NCBI RefSeq assembly: GCF_006345805.1
Contig: NC_043000.1
Span: forward strand, 110,422,001 to 110,486,000
DNA: 64,000 nt
DNA from: Octopus sinensis
Taxonomy: Eukaryota
Direction of reading: 5' to 3'
The notes below the pieces were generated by a model, which did no database searches, was not told the origin of the DNA, and saw only the letters and a list, made by a program, of their open reading frames with translations. Position numbers and translations under genes: made by a program. Each line of letters opens with the position of its first letter. The first letter of the stretch is position 1. Shown piece after piece: positions 40,399 to 54,448 of the stretch.

Positions 40399-40625
40399 AT
40401 CTGTCTGTTTGTCTGTCTCTCTCTCTCTCTCTCTCTCTAATATATATATATTATATAAGGTATAAGTTAGAGGTATTTAGCCCTCTAAGGGATAGAAGTA
40501 TCCAGAGGCACTCCTGGTAATTACCTTCGTAAGTATGGTGCTTGGTTAAGGTAGACGGCTGCAGGTAATTTAAGAGGTAAACCGTAGTTTCATGTATATA
40601 TAGATGATATCGTCTATAGATATAC

Positions 40626-41012
40626 TTTCTTACTTGTTTCAGTCATTTGACTGCGGCCATGCTGGAGCACCGCCTTTAATCGAGCAACTCGACCCCGGGA
40701 CTTATTCTTTGTAAGCCCAGTACTTATTATATCGGTCTCTTTTGCCGAACCGCTAAGTGACGAGGACATAAACATACCAGCATCGGTTGTCAAGCAATGC
40801 TAGGGGGACAAACACAGATAACAAACACACACACACATATATATATATACATATATACGACGGGCTTCTTTCAGTTTCCGTCTACCAAATCCACTCACAA
40901 GGCTTTGGTCGGCCCGAGGCTATAGTAGAAGACACCTACCCAAGGTGCCACGCAGTGGGACTGAACCCGGAACCATGTGGTTGATAACAAGCTACTTACC
41001 CACAGCCACTCC
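40626..41012 (-). mobile_element. Full-length SINE-B (tRNA head, CORE-like domain, microsatellite, LINE-like 3' tail)
   Basis: Minus strand runs from ggagtggctgtggg... through the CORE-like segment to ...ggcggtgctccagcatggccgcagtcaaatgactgaaacaagtaag. Confidence 0.9.
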
Positions 41013-41044
41013 TGCGCCTATGTATATATGTTTCTATTTTTTGT

Positions 41045-41088
<44 letters not shown>

Positions 41089-41345
41089 TATATATATGCG
41101 TATATATATGCGTATACATTAATTGTTACACTCTCACAAGAATGATGGTGAGAGTACCTCTGCTAAGTATTCGCCAAACTCCATATCTGATGAAGACACC
41201 CGAGCTGGAACTTCTATGTCACTGTCACCCGTCTCCTTCTAAAAGTAGAATAATTATGGACTCGCCAAAGAAAAATATTGATTCTTCGGTTTTGAAGTTG
41301 AATTGTTTATTTTTTAATTATTACATCTTTATATAAATTAATATG

Positions 41346-41388
<43 letters not shown>

Positions 41389-41436
41389 AAACAAGCCAAA
41401 ATAGAAAATGCTAAAATAATTTTATAAAGAACATTT

Positions 41437-41474
41437 CAGTACCGGTTTCGGTCATTTTGAGACCTTTTCAACTG
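41437..41474 (-). ncRNA. Minimal type I hammerhead motif with U3-A8 covariant core
   Basis: Minus strand: cag TTGAAAA ggtc-tcaaaat-gacc GAAAC cg GTA ctg, with helix III palindrome ACCGGT. Confidence 0.65.
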
Positions 41475-41547
41475 TAACGATTAAATAATTAAATTTAGAA
41501 AAATTAAAAGAAAAGTTTTTTTAAAGGAAAAAAGGATATATATATAT

Positions 41548-43878
41548 CGCAACATGTTGAATATCCGACAAGGCATCGGTCTGGGCAGCAGCCATCTATG
41601 CTAGATCTGGTATTCTCCCGCTATCCAAGATCAGTGTCAGACGTATCTGTGTGCGCCCCTCTTGCCAAGAGTGATCATGCGGTCCTGAAGTTCGTCATGC
41701 ACACAACTTTTTCTACGCCCACGACTACTTCGCTGCCACGTAGAGTCTTCTCTGCAATTAATCTTGAAATTCTAACCGAGGCTTCCGCGCTTCTGGACTG
41801 GCGATCCCTGATGACGTTGTCCTCAGTGGGACGAACTATGGTCATCCCTCAAAGCATATGTATCTGTTTGACTGACCAGGCAGTTCCCGTTGGGCTTCCC
41901 AAGAGGAAGAAACACAAGCCTGGGTGACGAAGAGGGTTAAACGAGAACTTCGACTCAGAGATATTGCTTGGGGAATTCAAAAATCTGGATTCGACTGCAG
42001 CTTTTGAGGTGTACAAAACTCAACGAGACCGAGCCGTGAAAATTGAAAAGAAAGAACGCTTCAGTTATGAATACAAAATCGCGGCAAATGCCAGTAGCAA
42101 TATCCAAAACCTTCTTTGCCCATGTCCAGCAGAATTCCCGCGTTGAACAACCAGATTGCAACGTTGGTAGACTCAACAGGCGTATCGATTGAGGACCCTT
42201 ATCAACAGAGTCAATTATTTGCCGAGGCTTTTTCAACTATTTTCAAACAAGATGATGGTCGTGAACCCCCTCCATTGATAGATCGGTACCTCCAATGCTT
42301 CGATTGGTCATCACGCGGGACGAAGTCAAACGTGTTATTCAAGGCCTCGATGTCAACAAGGGTCACGGCCCTGACGGCATACACCCACGGGTTATCAAAG
42401 CGTTGGCTCCGGTCATCTGCGAGCCCTTAACACGACTATTCAATATGTCATTGGCGACGGGTATACTGCAGAGGAGACTGGAGCGATAATCTGCCCAATT
42501 TTCAAGAAAGGGAGCCGCGAAGACCCGTTAACTACCGACCGGTTTCCCTTACATCAATAATCAGCAAGATGTTCGAAACCATCCTTAAGAAAAGTATGAT
42601 GCTCCACCTCCTAAACCAGCCTCTATCTCTGATTCCCAACACGGCTTCGTGCCGAAGAGATCATGCTTGACCAACTTACTAGTAATGGAAGAATTGGTGA
42701 CGCGCATCCTCGATGATAGGTGATGCTGTTGACATCGTTTTACTGGACTTTGCCAAAGCTTTTGACTCGGTAAACCACCGCCTATTACTTGTCAAGCTTC
42801 AAGCATATAGTTTCCATCCGGATATTGTACGATGGGTTGGTGCCTTCCTCTCAGATCGCTCCTTCCAAATCCAAGTTAATGGTTCGCGGTCCGACGTCTC
42901 CAGTGCGAGCAGTGGCGTGCCTCAAGGTTCAGTGCTTGGGCCCTTGTTGTTCTTAGTCTTCATAAATGACTTGCCCGACGACCTCACGCAACACACCCTT
43001 CTATTTGCCGACGATATCAAACTGGTCGCTCCTCGCGGTAATATAGAGGATCTTCGTCGATGCCTCCACCAAATTTGGAAGTGGTCTAACGATTGGGACC
43101 TGTGTCTGAACGTGTCAAAGTGCTGTCATCTGCCTGTCGGCTCTACTCCTGAACTCAACTTGATTTCGAGCCGGTCGTCGTCTGCTGCTGGAGAGGACCG
43201 ATCAGGTAAAGGACCTAGGTATCTTGGTGGATTCCTCCTTTTCGCCTTCGGCCCAGTGCGTCCATGCTGCCAACAAAGCACGCGGATTCTGTTCTGATTC
43301 GACGGTCATTCGGAATGCTCACAGCAGCCATTTTCCTACCACTCTATGTCACGCTGGTGAGACCCATATTGGAGTATGGGATTCAAGCCTCTTCTCCTAT
43401 CTCCTCAAAGACATACAGCATCTCGAAAGAGTCCAGAAGCTGGCTACCCGCATGGTTCATGGTCTCAAAATTTGTCCTACGAAGAAAGGCTGAGGACGCT
43501 CGACCTTTATTCTCTTGAAAAACGCCGCCGCCGTGGTGATCTCATTCTCGCCCCACAATCATAAGCGGAAAGTGTAACCTCTCGAAAGAGCTGTTCTTCA
43601 CTCCTGCTCCAGAGCGTCGGCTGCGGGGTCATTCCGAAAAGCTCTACCTGCGACGATTTCATCTCAATCGAAGGAGAGGAGCTTTCTCCGTCCGGGTTGC
43701 GGATCCGTGGAACAAGCTGCCAGACGAGATGGTGAAGATGCCGACGACCGCTTTGTTCAAAGCCTCCCTGGACCTCAAGTGGCCTGAACTCTTTACATGA
43801 ACACCACCCTGTACTTAACTCCATGTCCCCCTACATGGCCTTGCTATTTGCTTTTGAGCCAATTTAACTAACTAACTA

Positions 43879-43880
<2 letters not shown>
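41548..43880 (+). mobile_element. 5'-truncated CR1/L2-group LINE ORF2 (end of endonuclease, full RT, 3'UTR, (TAAC)n tail)
   Basis: LDLVFS..SDHAVL, KGHGPDGIHPRV, NYRPVSLTS, QHGFVPKRSCLTNLL, LLDFAKAFDSV, GVPQGSVLGPLLF, LFADDIKL and YSLEKRRRRGDLI, with many 1-nt frameshifts. Confidence 0.95.
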
Positions 43881-43912
<32 letters not shown>

Positions 43913-44079
43913 TATATATATATATATATACATACAGATAGATACATAGATATAGATATGTAAAGGTATGATCTAAGGATCAAGGTGTAGAAAGTTAGTG
44001 AGCTTCAAGCAGTTCGTAGATGTATATCTATGTATTTTTGTATACATACATACATAAATACATATATATATACACACAG

Positions 44080-44164
<85 letters not shown>

Positions 44165-44197
44165 GATACATGCATATGTATATGCACAAATACAAAC

Positions 44198-44228
<31 letters not shown>

Positions 44229-44459
44229 ATATACGTTTAAATATTTGTTGTGCAAGATTTTTTATGTGAAGTCGTGTATTGAAACAGATATTGTTATATT
44301 TCGGAATGGAGTGTGACGAAAGAACTCTGGCCGAAATAAGATTAAGATTAATGTAAAAAATAAATAACAATGAAGCAAAATAACACCAAATATAGTGCTG
44401 GTGTTTTTATTGGCTAAACTGGCACAATGACCATTCCGAAATATAAAACCATATATATA

Positions 44460-44530
<71 letters not shown>

Positions 44531-44851
44531 TATATATGTATATATATATAAACATACATATATAGTTATATATACTGAAATATACATACACATCTACATC
44601 CATAAGCATATACAATATTCAGTTATTACTAATATTATTAATATTAGCTGTATTCTGTTATTTACAATAGATAGTATATAAAATTTAGAATATAATATAA
44701 TATATAAACAGATATTTATGAAAGTTATAGGGATATTAATTTTATAATCAATATATCAATATATCATACAGTTATTACAGTTATATCAATATTATTCTGC
44801 ATACACATGAGTAACGCATATATGCATATGCACACATACATATACGCACAA

Positions 44852-44916
<65 letters not shown>

Positions 44917-45474
44917 ATAATTTTTTTCCATTTAAACATACAAATATGTACATACGTATTATATGTTTTTGAATGTAAGAGAATTCGCAAACTAAGAGAG
45001 AAACGTGGAAGAAAGCTTACCACGATTCTGACTTAGTCTGCGAATTCTATATTTTGACAAAATGTGCAAGCGCCTTTCATAGCTGATAATATTAGGGCGA
45101 TGTTGAAGACGGGGTTCTAGAGTAAATGTCATAACGTTCTGAATATTGACTTTAGTGCGACAGAAGAGAAAAATCCAGGAGGGACAGGGATGCGTAGGGA
45201 GAGAGGAAAGGAGATGAAAAAGAAATGAAGCCAAAAAGAAAGAAAGAAAAAGAAAAAGGAAAAAGAAAAAGAAAAAGGAAAAAGGAAAAGAAAAAGGAAA
45301 AAGAAAAAAAGAAAAAGAAAAAGAAAGTCACGTGGGTTAGGTTTGCATTTTCGACCTGTGACAGACCGGAAATGTGTGGAGTAATTGTGGTTTTAATAGG
45401 AAGAAAATGACAGAGGAGTGCCTGTGCGCATGCATAATTTATTTTAATCTGTTTTATATTATATATATTATATA

Positions 45475-45508
<34 letters not shown>

Positions 45509-45928
45509 CATATATTTGTTTGCGTGTGTGTGTATGTTTAAATATCTCATTTTCCCCAAGACTAGGTAGAACACCTGCTGTGCTGATGACGTCTATTAAG
45601 GCAAGAATATGTCTCGACAGTTGTTCTGTTGTTTACAGACAACCAGGCCATGTTTTCATTTATGGCAACATAATTCTTTGACAATCCCTGATTGTTGAGA
45701 TTATCTCCCCTTTTCGTTTAAATTGTCTGTAAGTCAGTGGTCCGTCTTCGGAAGCGCAGATAGTTTCAGTAAATTATGAATCAATTTTGTTTGGTATTTA
45801 ATATACCCTTATTAATTTTAATCTTTGCCGTTCAAATACATGCGATTGGCCACTCTGAGTTACTTCTCATCGCTCACTTTCATTTCATTTCTATGTATAC
45901 AGTCACACGATTACTTGTATATGGAACG

Positions 45929-45967
<39 letters not shown>

Positions 45968-46069
45968 TATATACGCATACATGCAAACGTACAAATATAC
46001 ATACATACATACATAACCAAAAACACACATGCGTACATTCACTCTCGCAGTTACTTAGATGTAAATACG

Positions 46070-46111
<42 letters not shown>

Positions 46112-46189
46112 CATGCATACATATATATATTTATGTATGTGTATTCATACTTATATATGTTGTATGTATGTATGTATGTATATATATAT

Positions 46190-46231
<42 letters not shown>

Positions 46232-46323
46232 ATATATTATATGTATATGTATATATAATATATATATTATATATATATATATGTATATATATATATGTAT
46301 ATATATATGTACATATATATATA

Positions 46324-46391
<68 letters not shown>

Positions 46392-47042
46392 ACATATATA
46401 TATATATATTATATATAATATGTATGTATATATAAATAGATAGATACACAGACACACATACTTACTCTCAGAAAGTGATGGAAGCATATTGTCGGAAATA
46501 AATCAGAGAAGAATGTCGACGTTCATCAGATAAAGAAACGCTTCTCACCTGTTTTCGCCGGTTATTGCTCTTGGTTCGTCAGAATATTTGTAATTTAGGA
46601 TTGTATTTACCTACAGGTATTTGTACATACAGCTACATTTACCTGAAATTATTTCTCTCTACTTGTCTTTTTTTTTATATATATTTAGTTATCTGAATGC
46701 TGCACATGCATTTTTACTCAGAGTTATTTGGACGAGTCATTATTTATATACAATTATTTGTGTGTGCGTGTGCGCGCGCCCGTGTGTGAAACACCTTCAT
46801 TCACCAAATATCACACGTCAGACGATTTTAGTAAAAGTGTAGCAAAACAAACGGCGGTGCCCCAGTATGGCCGCATCCCTCAGGCTGAAACTGAATATCG
46901 AAATGATCGTGACTTCTGGTACTTGACTGATGAAAGAAAGCCGTCTTTTTTTGCCTGTCCTTCTAATTGTTGTTTCTCTTGCTCGCTTTTGTGGCGTCTA
47001 TCTGTCCGAACGTTTTAATGCCCTCTATTCCGTTTTCGTTCC

Positions 47043-47088
<46 letters not shown>

Positions 47089-47107
47089 TCTTTACTCCTT
47101 TTTTTAC

Positions 47108-47490
47108 TCTTTTACTTGTTTCAGTCATTTGACTGTGGCCATGCTGGATCCCTGCCTTTAGTCGAGCAAATCGACCCCAGGACTTATTCTTTGTAAGCCT
47201 AGTACTTATTCTATCAGTCTCTTTTGCCGAACAGCTAAGTTAAGGGGACGTAAACACGCCAGCATCAGTTGTCAAGCGATTTGGGGGGGGGGCAAACACA
47301 GATACACAAACACACACATATATACATATATACGACAGGCTTCTTTCAGTTTCCGTCTACCAAATCCACTCACAAGGCTTTGGTCGGCCTGAGGCTATAG
47401 TAGAAGACACTTGCCCAAAGTGCCACGCAGTGGGACTGAACCCGGAACCATGTGGTTCGTAAGCAAGCTACTTACCACACAGCCACTCCT
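47108..47490 (-). mobile_element. Full-length SINE-B
   Basis: Collinear with 40626-41012. Confidence 0.9.
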
Positions 47491-47619
47491 AGTACTTTTT
47501 TTTTAACCTATGAACCAATGCATTATACAAACATTTTTATCTATAGTTATTTGTATTAACAGGTATTTCTCTCTATAACTACCCGTAATAATTTGTACAT
47601 ATACGTGTATTTCCGCCAC

Positions 47620-48022
47620 GGCTTCAGATTCTCCTGTACTCTCGAAAACATGGGCAACAAGTTGATGCCACTGGTTTCTGTCGGGTGCGGTTTTCTCAGC
47701 ATCCGGTCATGTAACTTTGGCGCCTCACCTGCATCGGTTATGAACGTTCTGCGCCATGGAGTGTTCGGTCTCCCTCTCTTTCTTTCCCTGTTGACCGCAG
47801 TGTCTGTTTGAAAGCTGTTTTAAAATGGCATCGTCCATAGCAGTGAAACATGGACGAACACTATAAAAATTGACAGAATGCTAGATGTGTGTCAACTTAG
47901 AAGGCTCGACAAAGATTCTGGGGATATACTGGCAAGAACACGTAACCAATAAAGACATTCTAAAGAGAACCAATACAAGACGACTTAGCAAAAATCTTTA
48001 CAGAACGAACATTAAGACAAGT
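47620..48022. mobile_element. RTE-clade LINE 3' fragments joined in opposite orientation
   Basis: Minus 47802-47620 encodes RKRGRPNTPWRRT (C-terminus); plus 47803-48022 encodes SSETW..ILGIYWQEHVTNKDIL. Confidence 0.7.
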
Positions 48023-49240
48023 GGCTCACACACATTTTCATCTCCTGTTAATTATTTTTACAAGTATTTATGCCAAACGCTACAATATGTATCGATACTT
48101 TTACCTAGAGTTATTCATACGTGTAAGCAGATTTACCTGTAATTATTTGTATGTCCATGTGCTTAAACCAACAATTAGTTATACCTTTAGGAGAGCTAAA
48201 AATACAGGTATTTTTACCTATAGCTATTTCTGTCTTTTATCATTCACTTGTTATAGTCATTAAACTGCGGCCATGCTGGGGCACCAGTTTAAAGGGTCCT
48301 AATCGCACACATCGATAATAATACTTTGTTTTAAAGACGCGTATATTTGGCGTTGTTGATTCAACGCTGACTTATTTGACATCAACCGCTTTAATGCTTT
48401 GCTGTGCGCGTGTGTGGGGGTGGGTGGGTGGGGTGGGGGGGGAGAGCGATAAGGAGATAGAGAGAGCATACTTCTCTTAATGTATATGAGTAGAAGGAAA
48501 GCGTTTATGTCAGTTATGTTCAATCAACAAATTGTGACACATTCCTTTCTTATCCTCTCTCGCTTTCCCTCTCTGTCTGCATGTGTGTATTTCTGCGCAG
48601 CGTATATGTGCGTGCGTGCGTGTGTGTTTGCCTCCAGTGTCAGAACGTACTATCGCTAAATCAGGATAAACGTTCAGTCAGCCATGTCAAGTTCATCTTC
48701 GCCCAAACAGCTGCGCCCAACCGTCTTTTTCCGAAACATTGCACTCCTTATGGTAAAGCTACGCGGAAATCCAGTGGCGTTGACACATTATTCATTATTC
48801 ATTATTCTTACCATAAAATCATCGACTTGCTCCTATCCCGAAAATTGCCGGTCTTCTATTCTGCAACGGACTGGTGTACCATTTAGAGGAAATGCTGGGA
48901 TATTGGTCACACATATGCCACGGAAGCCGGGTAACCGAACTTAAGATCCCAAGGCCCAAATAAAAATTAAAAGAAAAGACAAAAACAAAATAATTACAAG
49001 ACAAATCAAAAAGTTAAGTGTGAACAATTGCCCTCTCCTTGTCTCTCTTCTCTTGCAGCGAGTCATTTCAGTGGCCCGGTTTCGATTCGTTCGTTGTAGC
49101 TCATTCTCTTTACATACGAACCTAATTATCCTTGAGAAAGGCACGAACATTATACAATGTTTTAAACATCTTCCTTGCTTAAATTCAAGCTTCAGTGTCT
49201 GCCTAAGAAATCAATATTAGATCTTAATGAACAATAGCAC

Positions 49241-49297
<57 letters not shown>

Positions 49298-49742
49298 TAT
49301 AAGCGCATATATATGTATGTATATATATATATTTATATCTATATATGCATATAAATGTATATATATATATATATATATATATGAATATATATATATATAT
49401 ATATACTCTTTTACACGCACACACACACACACACACGCACACACACGCGCGCGCGCACGCACACACTCACAGGCCTACACGGTCCAAACACAGTTATGCA
49501 ACGACGGTGCAGCCTCAGTAAATGTAAGGCAACAAAGGTGTATGCTTAAAGCTATGTCTAAACAAGTTTCTGTTTGTCTTTCGCTGCCCAGTTTGTCCAA
49601 CAAGGCCGAATACTTCCGTATCGCTCGTTCGCCATAATGATAGCTCTTTAGAATCTGATTGCTTTGAGACGTAAATGAAATCTAGTATTCTGTCTGTCAG
49701 ATGACGTGCCTGAGGGAAAAGGGAAGGAAAAGACTGGGTGGA

Positions 49743-49808
<66 letters not shown>

Positions 49809-49973
49809 GGAGAGAGAGTGGGTAAAGAGAGAAAGAGAGTGGAAGAGAGAGAGAGTGTCTGTGTGAGTGTGTGAGAGTGTGTGTGTGTGTGTGTGAGAGA
49901 GAAAGTGTGTGTGCGTGAGAGAAAGAGATGTGTGTGTGTGTGAGAGAGATAGAGATAGATAGAGAGAGAGCGA

Positions 49974-50018
<45 letters not shown>

Positions 50019-50274
50019 GGTGGTGGTGGTGGTGGGGTTGTTCGCTGCTCTGCCCAGTTTCATCTTTTGCTTTCTTGTTAAGTAATTTAGCAAATGGCAG
50101 CTTAGCGGTGTTGATCCCCGTTCACAATCGTCATCTCAACTGAAATCGGCTTTAGCAATATCTAATTACATGGTAAGTGAAGTTTGCTTCCCAACCACAT
50201 GCTTCTGAGTTCAGTCCCACTCTGTGGCACCTCGGGCAGGTGTCTTTTACTCCAGCCTCCGGCTGACGTCTTTT

Positions 50275-50483
50275 CTGTTTTAGGCACAAGGCCCGAAATT
50301 TTGGGTGGAGGGAACCAAGCGATCAGATCGACCCCAGTACGCAACTGGTACTTAATTTATCGACCCCGAAAGGATGTAAAGCAAAGTCGACCTCGGCTGA
50401 ATTTGAACTCAGAACATAAAGACAGACGAAATACTGCTAAGCAATTCGCCCGGCGTGCTAACGTTTCTGCAAGCTCCGCCGCC
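50275..50483 (-). mobile_element. SINE-A copy
   Basis: Reverse complement of the family A consensus. Confidence 0.85.
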
Positions 50484-51554
50484 TTAATGTAATAATAATA
50501 TTAGTAATTAATATTCTGATATTAATAAACTTGAAGATTAAAGTACAATATATATTACTATAATATTTTAAAAACTCATTATTAAATAAAAACAATTTGA
50601 GTCATATCTTAAAATAAAGATATGGCATTATGTATATATATACCGCAGCACATATGTATTTCTTGTAACTGGGTGTATAAATATTGGTTGTGTATAAACA
50701 CACGTGGAGCATTCATCATCTGGCTACGAAATAAAAACAAATTCTAACTGAGTTAAATATATACGCACTCGGGGGACGAAAAATTAAACAAGAGGTGTAA
50801 ACATTATGTTGAAATTTCAATGAAATTCAAATTTACTCTCGACGGAGTTCGTTCCAGAACCCCAGATTGTTTCATCAAATTCGTATTAAATACAAACTTG
50901 AAGCCATTAATAGCCCTGAAAAATACATGAGTGTATTCTCAAAGTAGTATTTTAGTAAAGAAACCAATCTGCTTGAAGTTCGTACCATTATATAAATAGA
51001 GTAATTTATAAATGTAATTTAATATAATGATATGATGAGAGACATATTTGCTTGATAAGGGAGACTACGAATAGCGCCAGCATAAACAAGCCTGGCTTCG
51101 GATGTCGTGAATGCTCCGCCTCAGGAACAAAGCACTAAAACTATTTGACTTTGTCAACATGATTAAAAGGATCTTCGAAACACGTGCTGTGCTCTTGAGG
51201 CCAGTTGTTCCAAGAGAAGCGATCATTTCTCGATAAACCTTGCCAGGATTTGAATTTTAAATTGATGAACAATTAGGAGCCTAGTATATAAGTATATTAC
51301 TATTATTGTCATTATCTTCTTTCAATTTTGTTTCCAGTTCTTGCTTGCTGAGTGTCTTCCCAACACCTAGGGTAAAGAAACTCACTGTATACATTGGTAG
51401 GCCATCATAATAAACATACCAGATTGTTCATTTACAAAATTATGTGATAGAAACAAAAAAAGGGAAGAAAGACAGAGGAGAGAAGGGAAAAAAGCGAGAA
51501 AATGAAATAAGAAAACAAGAAAATGAGGAAAAAGGGAGAGAAATTTCACAACGA

Positions 51555-51835
51555 CAATACTCTTCTCTATACGTGTGACCAGTGAAGATAATCTTTTGCA
51601 CTTCTTGCATGGATGGTAAGCCAGGGATCATCCTCAAATAATTTTCACTTCCTTTTTTGATTATCCCGAGTGCTTCTACAATCTCTGGTATTGTAATCAC
51701 CTTGTGATGCCACATCTTTTCGATTTCAATCAACAAATCTTTATATTTTCTGAGCTTATCAAATTCTCTTGCCGAGATATTATGGTCATATGGTATGCCC
51801 ATGTCAATCAATAAACAGTACCATTGCTTGGTACA
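51555..51835 (-). pseudogene. R4/Dong-like REL endonuclease fragment
   Basis: CLLIDMGIPYDHNISAREFDKLRKYKDLLIEIEKMW...ALGIIKK. Confidence 0.8.
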
Positions 51836-51854
51836 CTTTTCTTCTCCCACACTG

Positions 51855-51990
51855 ATTCACGTAGCCCCACAAAAGCAGTGTCTGGAACCAACGATCACTG
51901 TTGAAGGAGAAACCCTCAAGGCTGTTGGTAAGGTTACGTACCTCGGCAGCACATACTCCAGATCTGTGAACATTGACGACGAATCGACAC
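51855..51990 (+). pseudogene. RTE (BovB-like) RT fragment
   Basis: PTITVEGETLKAVGKVTYLGSTYSRSVNIDDE. Confidence 0.75.
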
Positions 51991-52262
51991 ACACATCGCA
52001 ATATACATACATACATACATACATACATACATACATACATACATACATACATACATACATACATACATACATGCGGCTCGATCAGTCGGAACCAAAATTA
52101 AGAAAATCCCAAGCCAAGTTTCATTAGGCACGACGTTGAATACGTTGTGCCTAAAGGGACCTTGGGTTCGAAACGATTTTGTTTCCGACCGACTGCATCA
52201 TATTACTTATTTATACTCTAACCTACCGTTACTGAGTACTTCGTTCGCATGTTAGCCTTAAA

Positions 52263-52360
<98 letters not shown>

Positions 52361-52383
52361 AAAGCAGCAGAAATCAACAAAAC

Positions 52384-52421
52384 CTGTTACTCGGAGGTTT
52401 CACGTTCCGTTCGTCGGACAG
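52384..52421 (-). ncRNA. Hammerhead motif (CCGACGA core) closed by a ~28-bp helix I
   Basis: ctgt CCGACGA acg-gaa-cgt GAAAC ctccga GTA acag, inside the inverted repeat 52357-52447. Same family as 15881-15928. Confidence 0.6.
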
Positions 52422-52889
52422 TTTTGTTGAATTTCTGCTGCTTTTAAATAAGCATGTTTCTCTACCCCTGGTATTTGAGTACTCTTTTTTCCACCTTGTT
52501 TCACATTTATGTGTTTACTCCGGTATGTATATTTATGAAAGAAGGTTTGAAAATGCAATTTTAAAAGATGTTTATTTACTTGACCGGTTTCACTCTTTTA
52601 GAAAAAGATTGTCAAAAGTAACATGTAAAAGCTTGGTTGTGTTAGGTACTGGTTGTCACAAAATATTGCAATATATATATATATATATATATATATATTC
52701 TTTGATAATAAGAACATGTTAAGAACAGTTTACAAGGGAAAATTTTGGGAAATTATAAAAAAGTTTAACATGTTCATTAAAATATTGGGCACAAAAGATT
52801 ACAATATATATATATACATTCTTAAGAAAATATCAAAGACAGTTTCCAGAAAGAATTATTAAAAATTACAGTGGAATATTGGTATTGTA

Positions 52890-52942
<53 letters not shown>

Positions 52943-53019
52943 CACAAAAAATATAATTTCAAAAAAGTTTACATTTTAGTAGTAGGTTAGTTTTAACTGA
53001 CCTGATTCACCATATTACC

Positions 53020-53054
<35 letters not shown>

Positions 53055-53175
53055 TTTAAGGCTAACATGCGAACGAAAAGTACTCAGTAACGGTGGGTTA
53101 GAGTATAAATAAGTAATATGATGTAGTGGTCGGAAACAAAATCGTTTCGAATCCAAGGTCCCTTTATATATATAC

Positions 53176-53252
<77 letters not shown>

Positions 53253-53574
53253 GCACATAATATATATATGTACACACACACATACGCACACATATATATA
53301 TATATATGGAAAGTAAAAGGCTGTAATTACTGATTTATTCGCATGTTATAAAAAGATGACGTTTGTTTCTGAAAAAAAAAGTATTATAAATAAATGCCAA
53401 GGAAGTTGCCATATTCAAGCTATATTGTGGTAGGGCGTCATTAGGCTTAAAAAAAAGGACGCAACTTAACTAATCATTTTATGTTTTGAAGGAAGTGTAT
53501 AGAATTAACAGGTTAAAATTAAAAGCTATGTATTGAGGCTTTATTTGATTGGTAGGTTTTGAATATATAGATCT

Positions 53575-54195
53575 TTTATCTTTTATTGATTTCAGCCAGG
53601 GCTGAGGTCATGCTGGTGCACCATCTGTTGCTACTCGATGTTGTTTCCGATATTGTTTATGGTGAAGTAGTGAGATGGACGGAGCTGCTCTTCTTTGCGT
53701 CTCTTGCCGCGATGTGGGTTCACCTGGTATCCCAGATAGAAACCTGTCCAGACGTTCTTTGAAAACTTCCACATCAACACCATGTGGGTCTCTAAGGTTG
53801 CCTGGCAGGATGTTGAACAATTGCAGGCCCTTGAAACCAAGACTATTGCAATACTGTGTCCTTAGACAGAGTAGACGGGATCTTTGGTATGATGCAGTGC
53901 CGTCCAGTTCGAGGATTGGTATAGCTGTCAATTCCAAAATTGGGAGCTAAACCCTCCAAGATCTTCCAAATATATATCACCTCATATCTTTCTCGTCTTC
54001 TCTTCAGGGAATAGAGACTCAGCTCCTTCAGCCTCTCCCAGTAGGCCATCTTTTGCATCGAGTCAATGTTCATTGTGTATTGGCGATGTATTGCTTTGAG
54101 TTCCACAGTTTGATTCACACTCTCTGGGAACCATATTTAGGAACAGTAGTCCGAGTGGCTGAGAACGAAAGACTTCCATAGGGGTAGCAGGGACT
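53575..54195 (-). mobile_element. CR1/L2-group LINE 3' end
   Basis: YWERLKELSLYSLKRRRERY, GFKGLQLFNILP and FKERLDRFLSGIPGEP, followed by a 3' stem-loop and an aataaaag tail. Confidence 0.9.
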
Positions 54196-54204
54196 CTCTT
54201 TTCT

Positions 54205-54235
<31 letters not shown>

Positions 54236-54382
54236 GTATATCGTGTACATTAAAACACATTAAGAGGCTTCCAGCATAGGAAAGCCTTGTGCTAGAAAGA
54301 GCAGTAGAAAACTCAAACTACTAATTAGGGATAAATTCTCGAAAGGAATGAAAATTAAAAACATTTACCATCTAATTTACTT

Positions 54383-54448
54383 CCTAGACTATGGTTTCTG
54401 ACTAATTTCAGTAAAAAATATTTACTGAGGCCAGTCTTCATCAGTAGG
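54383..54448 (-). ncRNA. Type I hammerhead motif with two-tier helix II
   Basis: ccta CTGATGA a gactg gcc tcagtaaa-tattt-tttactga aat tagtc a GAAAC cata GTC tagg; flanks are homologous to the 35736 element. Confidence 0.65.

Noticed and set aside
45020-45140. SYERRLHIL resembling a CR1 C-terminal motif
   Set aside because: A single short motif without supporting neighbours.
46495-46535. CTGATGA on the minus strand
   Set aside because: No helix II closure or GAAAC downstream, so it is not a hammerhead.
48651-48667. 17-nt exact match tatcgctaaatcaggat to 6074-6090
   Set aside because: No extension on either side; a single match of this length is plausible by chance in 64 kb.
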